From NCBI GenBank assembly GCA_030141605.1, contig JAQGDQ010000112.1, positions 1-64,000 of the forward strand: a DNA stretch of 64,000 bases. Reading direction: 5' to 3'. A model generated the notes under the pieces. That model was not told the origin of the DNA. It saw only the letters and a list, made by a program, of their open reading frames with translations, and did not search any database. Shown here in pieces: positions 36,013-49,160 of this stretch. The first letter of the stretch is position 1. The number at the start of each line of letters is the position of its first letter. The stretch is from Tubiluchus corallicola (Eukaryota; Animalia; Priapulida). Made by a program: the position numbers and the translations under genes.

Positions 36013-36749
36013 CAAACCTAGGTCAAGGTCATCATTAGGTCAACTCTAAACCTTTTCAGTTCTAGTGGGTCCGCACTGAATATACGTAATAGTTCATTAT
36101 ATGGGCAACCAGGTCTCAGGATACAACAAGATGGGGTTTATAGCTTATAATTACTTAGTCTATAAAATCCAGCTTCAGAACATACAATCGAGTTTTTTAT
36201 AAGTTTTTATATATCTGATAGTCAAACAATTCTCCGTTATTTCGCTTAATCTGTAACAAAAAGTAAGAATTTTAGTTTTATTAACGGCAATTTGTGAGTG
36301 ATGTTTGCACAACGGGCGTGCACGCCAGTATTAAATGTGATAACACGAGAAAAGATATTTACAGTGTGCGGTGCTGCCCTCTATAGGCAAATTTCACAAT
36401 AATAAACCAAGGTTCACTGACTGGGTAAATGCGTTTACTTTTCCAATGATTAACAAATGATAGGTGTTAAAAAATAGGTCAAACATGTACAGTAGTTTAA
36501 ACTTAAAGGCATGAATGTGACGTCACGGCTGGCTTCAATCTACACTCTATACCTAAACAGGTTAGTGCGTCAGTTCCGTTTTTGCCACGACGCAGGGCTG
36601 ACATATTGCTGTTATAATTTTTTATACCATCGTGACACTAGTTCGAATTTAACAAAAGTATTAAAATCAGTTGCCAACAACTTCAATCAGTCTGGAGTTG
36701 AAGAACAATTGAAGATAAAAATGTCTGGTTTATAAGCGTTTCCGGTTCA

Positions 36750-37232
36750 TTAGTTTGGCATCCTTCTGTCTCGGAAGAATGTGTGCCAAGAGAGTCCGAT
36801 CCCTGAACGTCTCCAGGGCGCACGCCAGGGCAAGGTGTATGGAGATCCTGAGTTGCTCAGACAACAGGAACCCCCTCTCTTCCTCCCTGGTGTAGTCCAA
36901 AGGAAAGCGGAGCGATATGTTTGGCACCAGGTTGGCTGCAGGAGCTGCCGGAGTCAGTGAGCATGCTGGACTGGTCCGTCTTCGGGGCTCCACTCCTGAT
37001 TTGGAAGGTTTGCTCCTCTACACATGGCCGTTGGGTCACTTGACCTCCTCCGCCCTCTAGCCGTTGGCTGCGCTCCTCCGCCTAGTGTCGATATACAATG
37101 TGGGCATCCCGCAAGCCTACAGCACCTGGTATTCCTAGGTGGTCACCCATCCAAGCTCTAACCAAGCTCTTCTTTGCTTAACTTCGGTGATCAGCGGAGA
37201 ACCGGTGTTTTCAACGTGATTTGGCCGTAGTT
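36750..37232 (-). mobile_element. 5S rRNA-derived SINE (SINE3-type), copy 2, apparently full length (~480 bp)
   Basis: 37113-37232 is a 120-nt 5S-like head with no oligo-T terminator after it. The ~360-nt body is shared with 5262-5500 and ends ...CGAGACAGAAGGATGCCAAACTA. Confidence 0.88.
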
Positions 37233-37304
37233 GTGTTGTTATAGTGATGCTTCTGTTAAAGTGTTTACTGTGTAACACAGCAAAGCAAATGCAAACTTGC
37301 GAGA

Positions 37305-37572
37305 AAGAACAAGTCACGCAGCATGTTGGGTTTATTTTACTATTATCACTTAAACTGTTTGTGGTGTGCTAAAGGAAAGAACAAATCACTTAGCATGTTG
37401 GGTTTACTTTACTGTTATCACTTAAACTGTTTGTGGTGTGTTAAAGGAAAGAACAAGTCACTCAGTATGTTGGGTTTATTTTACTGTTATCACTTAAACT
37501 GTTTGTGGTGTGCTAAAGGAAAGAACAAGTCACTCAGTATGTTGGGTTTATTTTACTGTTATCACTTAAACT
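37305..37572. repeat. 72-bp tandem repeat, about 3.6 copies
   Basis: atgttgggttta at 37323, 37395, 37467 and 37539. Confidence 0.9.
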
Positions 37573-37904
37573 TAGAAAAATATAACAAAGAAATTTACAA
37601 AGAACTGTCTATAAAGCATAAATTTAAAATTGACTACTTTTGAATTGAAATTTTCAGGCGTGGTGGTTGCTGCCATTCACTAATAATAATAAATGTAATA
37701 AAAATTATTCTGTAATAAAAATGTTGACAGCAAGATAGCTTTTCAATTTATTGATCAATATTTTGATGAGTTAAATCTACACAATTCTTGTGAATTTGCA
37801 ACCATTTTTTTAAACTTGATTTTTCGTTGTATTTGCAAACCTAGGATTGTACCTACGCATTGAACGTTTTATCGCATAAGTTCATTTGTGACGTAAACAT
37901 CATG

Positions 37905-38835
37905 AGACCATAGACAATACCAGGCCCCGTAGTCACAAACATTGCCTGACCACAGACAATACTTCTGAAACCACAGATAATACCAGGCCCGTAGTCCCAA
38001 ACATTGCCTGACCACAGATAATACTTACAGATCACAGACAATACCAGGCTCCATAGTCACAAACATTGCCTGACCACAGACAATACTTCTGAAACCACAG
38101 ATAATACTTCTGAAACCACAGACAATACTTACAGACCACAGACAATACCAGGCCCCGTAGTCACAAACATGGCCTGACCACAGACAATACTTCTGAAACC
38201 ACAGATAATACCAGGCCCCGTAGTCCCAAACATTGCCTGACCACAGATAATACTTACAGATCACAGACAATACCAGGCCCCGTAGTCACAAACATTGCCT
38301 GACCACAGACAATACTTACAGACCACAGACAATACTTCTAAAACCACAGTCAATACCAGGCCCCGTAGTCACAAACATTGCCTGACCACAGACAATACTT
38401 ACAGACCACAGACAATACATTGCCTGACCACAGACAATACTTACAGACTACAGACAATACCAGGCCCCGTAGTCACAAACGTTGCCTGACCACAGACAAT
38501 ACTTACAGACCACAGACAATACCAGGCCCCGTAGTCACAAACGTTGCCTGACCACAGACAATACTTACAGACCACAGACAATACCAGGCCCCGTAGTCAC
38601 AAACGTTGCCTGACCACAGACAATACTTACAGACCACAGACAATACCAGGCCCCGTAGTCACAAACATTGCCTGACCACAGACAATACCAGGCCCTGTAA
38701 TACCAGGCCCCGTAGTCACAAACATTGCCTGACCACAGACAATACTTCTGAAACCACAGATAATACCAGGCCCCGTAGTCACAAACATTGCCTGATCACA
38801 GACAATACTTAAAGATCACAGACAATACTTGTGAA
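37905..38835. repeat. Modular minisatellite
   Basis: Modules accacagacaatac, caggccccgtagtcacaaacattgcctg, ttacag and ttctgaa combined in variable order. Confidence 0.92.
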
Positions 38836-39482
38836 AATTAGATTTTATGATGGTTAATAGCTCTCGTAACTGAAGAAGGACGAAAGGTCGATTTGCTTGA
38901 AGCAATAACAGCAATGCAACAAACCGAATAAACATGCGGAGTGACTTGTTCTTTCCTTTAAACGAACATTGAGCAAACTTCAATGAATACTAATTATCTT
39001 ATTATTGCAGACCTGATAACTCTGATCATCTGTGTTTGTTAGAGGGTCATTTTAAACTCGTCAAACGTTGGAACAGATTTGCTCATGGAACAATCCGTAT
39101 CATTTACACACTCGTACCAGCAAACAGTAATCTAGATAATTCCATCTTAAACGATGTTTAATGTTTTCGTGTTTGACTGATGCTGAAATGGAGATTTTGC
39201 TGGGATTTTATTACACAGTCATGTGAAACCGAGGCACGCAAATCTCCACGGGGAAGCGCGGAGGCTTTCACTCTGGTTTCCGTAAAATTGTGCAGCGCGT
39301 CGGCGTGACGGGAGTTGACGGTGTGTGGCGGCTGTCTATCACGCAACAAACTTGTGCATCATAACGTTTTTACTGTGACTAAACTGACACCTTCGCGATG
39401 TTATAAGTCTAACAAATCTCGATTCAATGAATTTTTCACTAGACAGGCATAAACTATTATTAAAGAAAAACCGGACGACAGA

Positions 39483-40182
39483 TGTTATTAATAACAGTAT
39501 TCTGACTCAAAAACAGCCTACTCCTGAGACTAAACACAACTTTCTTACGTATGCATGAAAAACTTGGTACATTGTATCTAAAAATTGTATCAGTATTGTA
39601 CAGCAAGTTATTAATAACAGTATTCTGACTCAAAAACAGCCTACTTCTGAGACTAAACACAACTTTCTTACGTATGCAGGAAAACCTTGGTACATTGTAT
39701 CAGTATTGTACAGCAAGTTATTAATAACAGTATTCTGACTCAAAAACAGCCTACTTCTGAGAATAAACACAACTTTAATACGTATGCAAGGAAAACTTGG
39801 TACATTGTATCTAAAATTGTATCAGTATTGTACAGCAAGTTATTAATAACAGTATTCTGACTCAAAAACAACCTACTACTGAGAATAAACACAACTTTAA
39901 TACGTATGCAAGGAAAACTTGGTACATTGTATCTAAAATTGTATCAGTATTGTACAGCAAGTTATTAATAACAGTATTCTGACTCAAAAACAACCTACTA
40001 CTGAGAATAAACACAACTTTAATACGTATGCAAGGAAAACTTGGTACATTGTATCTAAAATTGTATCAGTATTGTACAGCAAGTTATTAATAACAGTATT
40101 CTGACTCAAAAACAACCTACTACTGAGAATAAACACAACTTTAATACGTATGCAAGGAAAACTTGGTACATTGTATCTAACA
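39483..40182. repeat. ~122-bp tandem repeat, about 6 copies
   Basis: gttattaataacagtattctgactcaaaaaca at about 39484, 39607, 39717, 39839, 39961 and 40083. Confidence 0.92.
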
Positions 40183-40199
40183 TACTATTTGTAGACTTG

Positions 40200-41327
40200 C
40201 ACTAAGGCAACGACTAGGAAGATTAAAGAGTCCTGCTAGGTGTGCATTGGCTGTTTTCACAAGTTCTCAAATGATAACGAATCAGACTCTGAGACTGAAA
40301 CTATTGGGACGCAGTCGGAGCCAAAACCCCAAGCGCCGAATGATGCTAGCAAAGCAGGCTTCCTTGATCTACTAAAAACTGAAATAATTCATTTCATTCA
40401 GGAAGAGAACGATATCAACAAGCTGACCGAAATATTAAACCGGCTGAAAAAAATATCAGGTGATCCTGTCATGGATAAACTAAATCAGATAGAACAATCA
40501 ATAGAAAAGCTGTCGGGAACAGAACGCAGACCTTCCGGCCTTACTTCCTATAGCAATGCTGTGAAAAAAGACCTGCAAACGTCTGTTACTTCTCGAAAAC
40601 GTCAGTTTCCAAATACACAAAATCCCATTGTTCAATATGATCCAGCTAGAACAGTTATAATAGAAAATGTTAAAGACAAAAACTTGTAGAGACCAGCGCA
40701 TCAATTAAAACAAATCTGTGTAAGTATTTTCCACGTGCAAGATTTGAAATAGCCTACAGAACTGCTCGAGGAAACATACAAATTCAGTTAAAAGATTCTG
40801 AAACTGCCGATGAAATAATAAGCTCATGGAACCCAACTTATATGGGTACCGACACGAAAGTCAGAAAACCAAATAAGTACTCTATTGGAGTGATCAAAGA
40901 CTGTGACCCGGAATTGACTGAAGACGAAATAAAGGCGGCAATTGAACAGAAGTTCCCAGTAATCGAAGTAGAGCGATTTAAACGGAAGAACGGAGCCAAT
41001 ATGCCAATAGTTAAGGTGAAATTTAGCTCAGACGTTGAACTACAACGTGCAATACAGGAGCGAATTCCTATAAAACATCTTCTGTGCGAAGTAGAACAAT
41101 ATATCCGAAAACAAACACCTTTACGCTGTTACAAGTGTCAGTCTTTTGGACACGTTGCTAAGTGGTGCAGAAATAAAGCCAACTGTGGTAAATGCGGAAA
41201 TCTGCATAAAACATCTGAATGCAACAGCAAAGAGATAAAGTGCTACAATTGCAAAAGTGAGCATGAAGCCAATTCCAAGAATTGCTCTACATACTTAGAT
41301 CAGTTAAAAAGACTTAACCGTATCTAA
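40200..41327 (+). mobile_element. LINE ORF1 (gag-like, three CCHC zinc knuckles; I/Jockey group), frameshifted near 40685
   Basis: RCYKCQSFGHVAKWC, CGKCGNLHKTSEC and CYNCKSEHEANSKNC. Confidence 0.9.
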
Positions 41328-42168
41328 TGGCTGCATCTTCTAGGTGTCTCAGTGTATGCCAAATTAATATCAATACTTTTTCTGTTCGTTCACAATATGC
41401 GTTAGACAAGTATGTAAACTCCTACTACTTTGATATTGTTACAGTACAGGAAGTGAAAGCTAAACAATACGATGATGTGACTCTAACTAATTATCAAAGT
41501 TATGTCAAAAATAAGGACCCAAATACAAGTGGATGTGCAGTATTCGTAAAAAATGGATTGATTAGTTGCAGACTACACGAATTAGAAGATAACAACACAG
41601 ATACAATTTGGGTTTTAGTTAAAGGCAAAGGTTTGAAAATGATTGTAGCTTCTGTATATGTTCTGCCAAACAAAGTCGAGCACATGCAATCAATGCTAGC
41701 TTCTTTCAAAAAGGCCTGCCTATTTTCTGATCAACAAAGCCTAGACGGTGTTATGTTAACTGGAGATCTGAATAGTAGAAGTTTTATGTGGGATGTAAAA
41801 ACTAACTCACATGGGCAACTTTTAAATGACTTTGTTTGGTCTAGCACATATCCAGTACTGCCTGTTGCACCGTTGGTTGAAACATTTAAATCAGCCCACG
41901 GCAAAAGCATCATTGATATTGTATTGCTAACAAACAATCTTGCGTCATTACCGGTGACACAAAGCGTTGACGACGAGGTTGAATTGTTTAGTGGAGCTCC
42001 GTTAATGGGCCACTTTCCAGTCATTACTAAGTTAGGTGCATCTTTCCATAACTATAGCACAACAGCAAAGCGTACTGTCTTCGATTTCAAAAGCAGTAAT
42101 TGGCATAGCTGGTCAGGTTATTTAGAAAATAGTTTGCGCTCTAATTTTGCGCTCCTTAACGATGCTAT

Positions 42169-42172
<4 letters not shown>
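41327..42172 (+). mobile_element. LINE ORF2 APE endonuclease domain, cut off by a (GA)n tract
   Basis: QININ, DIVTVQE, SGCAVFVK, IVASVY, LTGDLNS, SIIDIVL and GHFPV motifs. Confidence 0.9.
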
Positions 42173-42249
<77 letters not shown>

Positions 42250-42258
42250 AAGAAAAGA
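42173..42258. repeat. (GA)n microsatellite
   Basis: Directly visible; further GA tracts at 44238-44335, 44572-44760 and 62772-62890. Confidence 0.95.
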
Positions 42259-42299
42259 TGGATTTGTAATAAAATTTGGAAACAAAAGAAGTTTGTAAA

Positions 42300-44237
42300 A
42301 TGCATTATTAAATTGAAATACGATGTTACGGGCATAATCTTCATCAGCTAATTCTATGAAACGCATTCCTTTTATTACTTGCTACACATATTAAGTCTAT
42401 ACAAAAACTATTAAAATTGCCAGTTAAAAACACATATCAATAGATTCTATTTTTCTTTCATTATTTCCAAGCGGCAAGATCAATGATTTACATTTTATAC
42501 TCTGCACTTCAACATTTTCACCTGGAAGTTGCATGACATGTCTATATATATTTGTCAATGTACAAGAAATATAATCCATAATGTGACGTTTAGTATAATT
42601 TTAACTATTTTCGCGAATTTCTTCAAGACCTGTAGTACGGAAGTTTTCTTTTTATACAAATTTTAAAGTGATTAACAGTCAGCACATGTGAACACACAAC
42701 ATTTTATAACTATGCGCTACCGTACTGCAAAATCTTTGGTTTGACCAAATCATCAGCATTGATAGTCAACGCCTTGAGACAAGATTTAACAGCAATTGCA
42801 TTTAATCAATGTCTAACGTTATAAGATAACAAAGTAAGATAACAAAGAGATCCCGAAGCAACTCTCATTACATCATGAATTACATCTTCAAATACATAAC
42901 TATGCAATAGCACCATGCAGTATAATCGACAAAATAGTAGTTTTATAAATATGTACAATGGCAAGTGTCGCAAACCTCTATATTTATTGCAACTGCTTTT
43001 TACTCTCAAGCCTCTATACCACACCTTTTATGAACATTACCAGCGTGTTTAGAAAAAGTTAATTTCCGATCAACAGTAAGGCCTAATATTTTGCTGTCTT
43101 CAACAAACAATATTTCACTGTTACAAAATTTTCTATTATCTAGCTTGTTATTTTCATCCCATGTCCCTACTAACAATGCTTTTGTCTTGCCAGGCAACGT
43201 ATGTATCTTTAAACGCTATTTCTATTTATAAAGCACATCGCAACAGGTTTCTGCAGTTATAACACAGGTTTGAGGGTCTGGGTTTGGCACATGCAAAGAT
43301 CCATCATCAACGTACTTATACTTTTTAATTGGCTGCTGTATATTATCAAATGAAAAACAAACAATATTGGGGTTATAACAGATCCTTGCGGACGTCCTAT
43401 GTCCTAAATTACATCTATATTGGTCGGACATATAATCATTTACTTTTATACAAATGTTACGATTCCGTAATATGTAATCCATAAACCGTCGCTCGTAAAT
43501 TTGCGCAAATAAGCTTAAATAATAAACCTTCAACCCAAGCACTGTTGAAAGCTTTTTCGTAATCACAGCAAATTACTATACCGTGTGCACGATTCAAAAT
43601 GTCGTCTTCCATATCAGTAATTAATCTGGTTAAATAACGTACTGTATTTTTGCCTTTTATGAACCCCTCTTGCTTGGTACAATGCAGTTTAACTGAAAGA
43701 AGTGAATTTTTACTCTATTTGAAATTAAACGCCCAACAGGCTTAACTGTATACGAAGAAATGGTTATAGGCCGATAATTATTGAATAATCAATTTTGTTA
43801 GGCTTTTTAAGTCGAATTACTTTCGTGCGCGTCCATGGCTATAACTGATTTTGAAAGTACGTATTTGCAAAACTTAGTACAATATGTTTTACAAAAGGCC
43901 CAAAATATTTGATCATTTTAGGTGAAACCCGTCAGAACAAGCGACTTGCCTTCAGTTTGCATTTCACTTATTGCATTTTCTAATTCTTGTAAATTAAACC
44001 AGTTATTTAGACCAAAATGTTCGTCCTGTTCCCATTCCATAACAGATAATGAGTGTTCAATATGGTTTTTCCAGTTTTCATCAAATTCTTCCCCGTTCAA
44101 ATGTTCCTCACTAAAAAAAGTTTTATACAATAACTCAGTACTAGCTGAGGCCGAAACTACAGGTGAATCATTACTAATTAATATATTAACATTACAGTTA
44201 CTATTTATACCTTTGAAAGTTTGTTTACATGTTTTCC
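42300..44237 (-). mobile_element. Degenerate LINE ORF2 linker plus RT and C-terminus, opposite orientation to 40200-42172
   Basis: FNLQELENAISEMQTEGKS, NYRPITISS, QEGFIKGKNTVRYL, KYKYVDDG and KILGLTVDRKLTFSKH, with many frameshifts. The 3' boundary is uncertain. Confidence 0.82.
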
Positions 44238-44540
44238 AGAGAGAGAGAAAGAGAGAGAGAGAGGGGGCAGACGAGAATAGAGAAAGAAAGGGAGAGAGCG
44301 CGAGAGAATGAGAGAGAAAGAGACGAGACGAGAAGATTTAGAGCGTGTTGCAGAGGATGTATAAAGGAGAAGAATAATCGGACTCATAAATATTTAAGTA
44401 GCTTATCGATAGCACAATTTAAGAAGGTAAATAATCAAACAAACTTGTTCATTGACTAAATCAAATAGTACGTCACATGAATATCGTCGCTCTCCCACGC
44501 ATTATTAATTTTGCTAGAAATGCCATGTTGTATAAGCTTA

Positions 44541-44610
<70 letters not shown>

Positions 44611-44640
44611 GAGGGACAGAACGAGGGAGAGAGAGACAGA

Positions 44641-44672
<32 letters not shown>

Positions 44673-44685
44673 CAGAGAGAGAGAC

Positions 44686-44755
<70 letters not shown>

Positions 44756-46989
44756 AGAGGAGGAAGGGTGTTTATTTTCTTGAGGAAAGGGCGTGCATAT
44801 CCGAAACTAAAACACTTTTATCGTTTGAAAATGCGAAATCAACAGGAATATGATTACAATTAAAATTACTCTGGAAAATTAACCATTTCCTCTTATATTG
44901 TTCTAGGAAATTGAATTTTTTCGAGTCCTGACTTCTCTGGTTATTTTCTTTTTGTTTCATTTGTGTATTTTACTTCATCAATTTTCTTTATTAGTACTAA
45001 CTGTATTATCTGTATTTATAGAGTTTATTGTTTTTCTGTTGTTGGAGTGAGCAAATGATGAAACGTACAAATTGACTGACTGAAGTTTTCAATAAAACCT
45101 TGACTTTCAATGGCCATTGTAGCCATTTTATTTCTGCTGAAATTACGTTGAAATTTTTCGACTAATAGATTCTTCTACACTTGTGCTGAAGACAGCTAGG
45201 CTTCAAGTGATGGCAAACAGGACCTAATCTGGCCAGCATTAAATGCTTGGTGAACAGAGCACCTACATTTATAATATTTGTAGCCTTGTAGGCCTACGAA
45301 ATCTCATATGGGAACTTCAAAAAAGGGTGGATGCATAATGCAAGTAATGCCTTCAAAATTAATTAATAAGTTTGATGTAATTTTTGGAAAGTTTCCGTTT
45401 GGAAAATTCCTATGTTTAAGTCCATTTTAAGGCCATTACAAACACTGAATTTTAATCACGCAGTGAGTCGTATTAAATATATGTATAAGGTGAAGAAACT
45501 TGCAGGTGTCAACCTTGGGTTACTAGAAAAAGATGAAGATAGTTGGTTACCTTTGAAATATACATTGGAATGATTTATCTGAATAACCGAAATTGTCAGT
45601 GTGTAGCTGCTGCATATTAATGGTACAATTAATTGTATTGATACCGTTATTTGTTTGGTGCTTGTAACAGCCCGGCTCCGTGCCTGTACATAAAACTTGT
45701 CAAAAATGTTTGAGCGCCAAAATGTCAGAGTGACGAAGTAAGTTAAAAAATTAAATTAAATTTCAGACCTTCTTTAGAAAGCAAAACGTAGGTCTACAAT
45801 GTGTCGTTAATTAGCTGACACTTTCAAACTGCCTGGAATAAGTTTCGCATGAAGCTAGTTAAGCTCCGCCCACACGGATGACGAAATGCGCGCAACACAA
45901 ATCATAAATAAGCTTCGGTTCATGCGGATAATTAAGCATAAATTGCGCAAACAGTGCCGTAATTCAAGCATTTATTGGACGTACTGTCATTATTACCTTA
46001 GATTGAATGCGCTTATAACAGCTAGTCCTTCAGCGTCTGCAGACTGCAGAGTTATTATAATGCAAAAATGTTGCAAACAATGTAAAAATGATATAGTCGA
46101 TGAAACAGTTGCCTGTACATCAAACAAGAGGATTTGAGAAGGAATGGGGTATCTTTTATTCTACCTATTAGGGAAAAGAGGGATCAGTGGGCATCGATTA
46201 CCACGAGGCAATGTCACAAAGTGTCAGCGAACCCGACAACATCAAAAAAACATAAAGAATTTTTCGGGATCCTGTTGTTAAAATCAATGACTATCCATCT
46301 AACTAAGCGCGAGGGTGCCGATACAAGGGTTCTGTGTTCGATTCCTACTCATATTGGGTTTTTCGAGGTTTTACAAGACTCATCATTATCGTCGTCGTCC
46401 TCATTATCATCACCATCATCATTTCCATCAAAATCAATCGTTCCCTTCAAGATGACAAACCAAAAAAGAGATTTCCGGATGCCCACTAAAATCAAAACAG
46501 TATTCAGGCTTATAATTTTTTATGCACTTCGCCCACCTGGCAAGTCCAGATTCAGCATTCAAAAGCAGAACTTCTTCAACGAGGCCTTTGTGGCTCATTA
46601 TGAAAGATATTACGGTAAGATGAGCCACTGAACTAGAAGAGGTATCCCAGCTCTCAGCCGTATTTAGATGCATATATACATTGTACCTCTTCAATGTTGC
46701 AGTTATGAAGATATTTTTAATTGCTTCATATTTTCCTCCTCCTCCTCCTCCTCCTCCTCCTCCTCCTCCTCCTCATTCTTCTTCTTATCACTATTTTTAA
46801 TCTTATTCGTTTTCTTCTTCTAATTATACAGTTTCCCGGTTTTTGTATTTGCAACTCGTGAGATTTTTCAATGTTGACTTCATTTCCGCTCAATTCTTTC
46901 TAGTTATGCTTGTCTACTTGATAAGTGTGATGATGTCTATTGGGTTACATTGAAATGGGTAAAGATTATACATAAAGTGCGTATTGGTT

Positions 46990-47620
46990 CGTAGACCTCT
47001 AGTACCTTATAGGGTACTATTCTGAATTTGAAAAGCAGGTTTTGAAAATGAGACCTAGTGACGTAAAAAATGTTCAGTCTTTCCAGTTTATTGAAATGGG
47101 TAATTATTATTCACTGAGTGCCCATGAGTTCATTTTAGAACGTTTTAAAATGCATTGTTATTCTGGATTGGAAAATTGAGTGAACATGTGTCTTAAAGTG
47201 ATTTAAGTTTGAAGTCAGTCTACGTTAGAAATTTTATTTAAATAAAATTCAAACTCGTACGTGATTATGAATATTTTTCTGCTTTTGTGCGTTTATATGG
47301 TTGCTCTTTTCTTTTAGTGTAACTGCAAAATACCTGAACGAGTTTAGATTTTTATTTAAATAAAATTTAAATTCAATTTATTTAAATAAATAAAATAACT
47401 CAGACTAACTCCCTAATCAAATTATTTTAAGGCACATGCTCACTTAGTTCCTCAATTTCGTTCAAAATTCAAAAATTAACAACTCACGCGTTCTCTAAGA
47501 ATAATCTTTACCAATTTCAATGAACTAGAAAGTCTGATTTTTCTTATGTGACTGGGGCTCAATTCAAAACTTTTTGTTTTTCAAATTCAGAATGTCGCAT
47601 TGTAAGTACTAGGGGTCCAT
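46990..47620. mobile_element. Degenerate foldback/MITE with long inverted arms
   Basis: acctctagtac...attctgaatttgaaaagc...ttttgaaaatgagacctagt matches the reverse complement of actggggctcaattcaaaac...tttcaaattcagaat...gtactaggggt. Confidence 0.6.
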
Positions 47621-47700
47621 CAGAGAAGAATCAGAGTCCACGATGTATCAAGACAATAATAAGAGATCTTTCAATAAAGGCATGAAAACATACTAAATTA

Positions 47701-47902
47701 AGTGGCGTTTACCTAGCATCCGGAATGCGTACGCGTTATCCAGAATAGCTGCGGAATAAAAAACAATATGAAATAACAGTAGAAAAAATAACCTATTACG
47801 CAGGTCTGATAAACGGGTGCACTGACAACAATATAAACCGATTTATCTATTCCCTCATCCGCATAACGCGTTACGCATTCCGTATGTTATATAAACGCTA
47901 CC
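47701..47902. mobile_element. PIF/Harbinger-like MITE
   Basis: ~40-bp imperfect TIRs agtggcgtttacctagcatccggaatgcgtacgcgttat / ataacgcgttacgcattccgtatgttatataaacgctacc, with TTA on both sides. Confidence 0.72.
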
Positions 47903-48487
47903 TTAGAAAGTTTGAAAAAATTGGATTACTATTACTGTAACTATAAGCACGTTCACCAGTGCGAAAACTTTCGCGTGATATCTTATTATGGCAAAAGACA
48001 ATTAAGAAAAGGTTTTAACTGTTCTGCATTCAGTCACGTTGCACAGAAACAAGCACAACAAATAATTTGTGGAAAAACCCGATTTATGAGAGTTCCATAC
48101 CGCCGCGAAGTACGCGCTAATTATAATAATTACACAATTACTTTTAATTTAGCGTATAATTATGATATATTGTTAAGATTGTTTGGCGATGGTAAATGTC
48201 TATAGTCCTTCTTAATTTGCAGAGAAATTCTATGGAATCTTGTTTCAGTGCGTAAAACGTATGCTTGTAATTAAGAAAAATCTTACTCGATTTTATGCAG
48301 ACTCATTTAGCTGCATTTAATAGAATTAAGTTAAGGATTGTTTACGTTAAATGGGGCGCAGCATTTTAGGGGAGGCAGCAATCACATTGTTCTTTCCCAC
48401 GTCGTTTGAACTAATAAAAGCCAATCAATTTCGACGACAAACAACAAAATAATGAAAATGTGGATGATGACGATGACGATGACGATA

Positions 48488-48528
<41 letters not shown>

Positions 48529-48699
48529 AACAACAACAACTGGAACAACAATAATAATAACAGCAACAACAGCAACAACAAGAAAAACAGCTAAGCGACT
48601 GCTGAGTAAGCAAGTCTGGTCAGTAAGTAGATGGGTGTCGAATAGAAAACTGCTTTTGAACTCGCCTAATTCAATTTATCAGCGTTGGATCTAAAAGAT

Positions 48700-48862
48700 G
48701 AAAGATACTGTGAAAAAGCACAAAAAGTCAAAACAATTATGGTAATATGAGAGAAACAATATTGTATGGTATTTAAAGTCGTTTTGTATACAACAGATAC
48801 GATATTGTTTCTCACTTATTACAATGATTGTTTCCATTTTTTCGTACATTTTCCAGTATTTT
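48700..48862. repeat. Imperfect palindrome of about 160 bp
   Basis: aaacaattatggtaatatgagagaaacaatattgtat pairs with atacgatattgtttctcacttattacaatgattgttt. Confidence 0.7.
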
Positions 48863-49160
48863 TTGTACGTTTCACAACATAGTCTTATTTAGTAAGAATA
48901 CGTTTCATGTGTAAACGCATCAACTCGTTAGCGGATTATGGAGTGGCTAGTGATTCATTGATTGGTTATTGATTATCAGTTACATTGATTTGCAATATTT
49001 TCAATCAATTGATGAAATGCGTATATTAATTTTAGGTTGGATTCTTGTGGATCCAGGAGTAAATCACTTAACAGGGTTAGTATGCATAAAGAAGGAGGCG
49101 TCAGATAACGAGAATGACGTCATAATTCATAGTAAGACAATGATGTCGCTGACTTGTCTT

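Noticed and set aside
37113-37232. Functional 5S rRNA gene (also 5515-5628)
   Set aside because: No oligo-T terminator, several substitutions, not tandemly arrayed, and fused to the same body in both copies; better explained as a SINE head.
38866-38900. Hammerhead-ribozyme-like ctgaagaaggacgaaaggtc (also 19753-19790)
   Set aside because: The GAAA core after stem II and the closing stems could not be completed; at most a decayed remnant.
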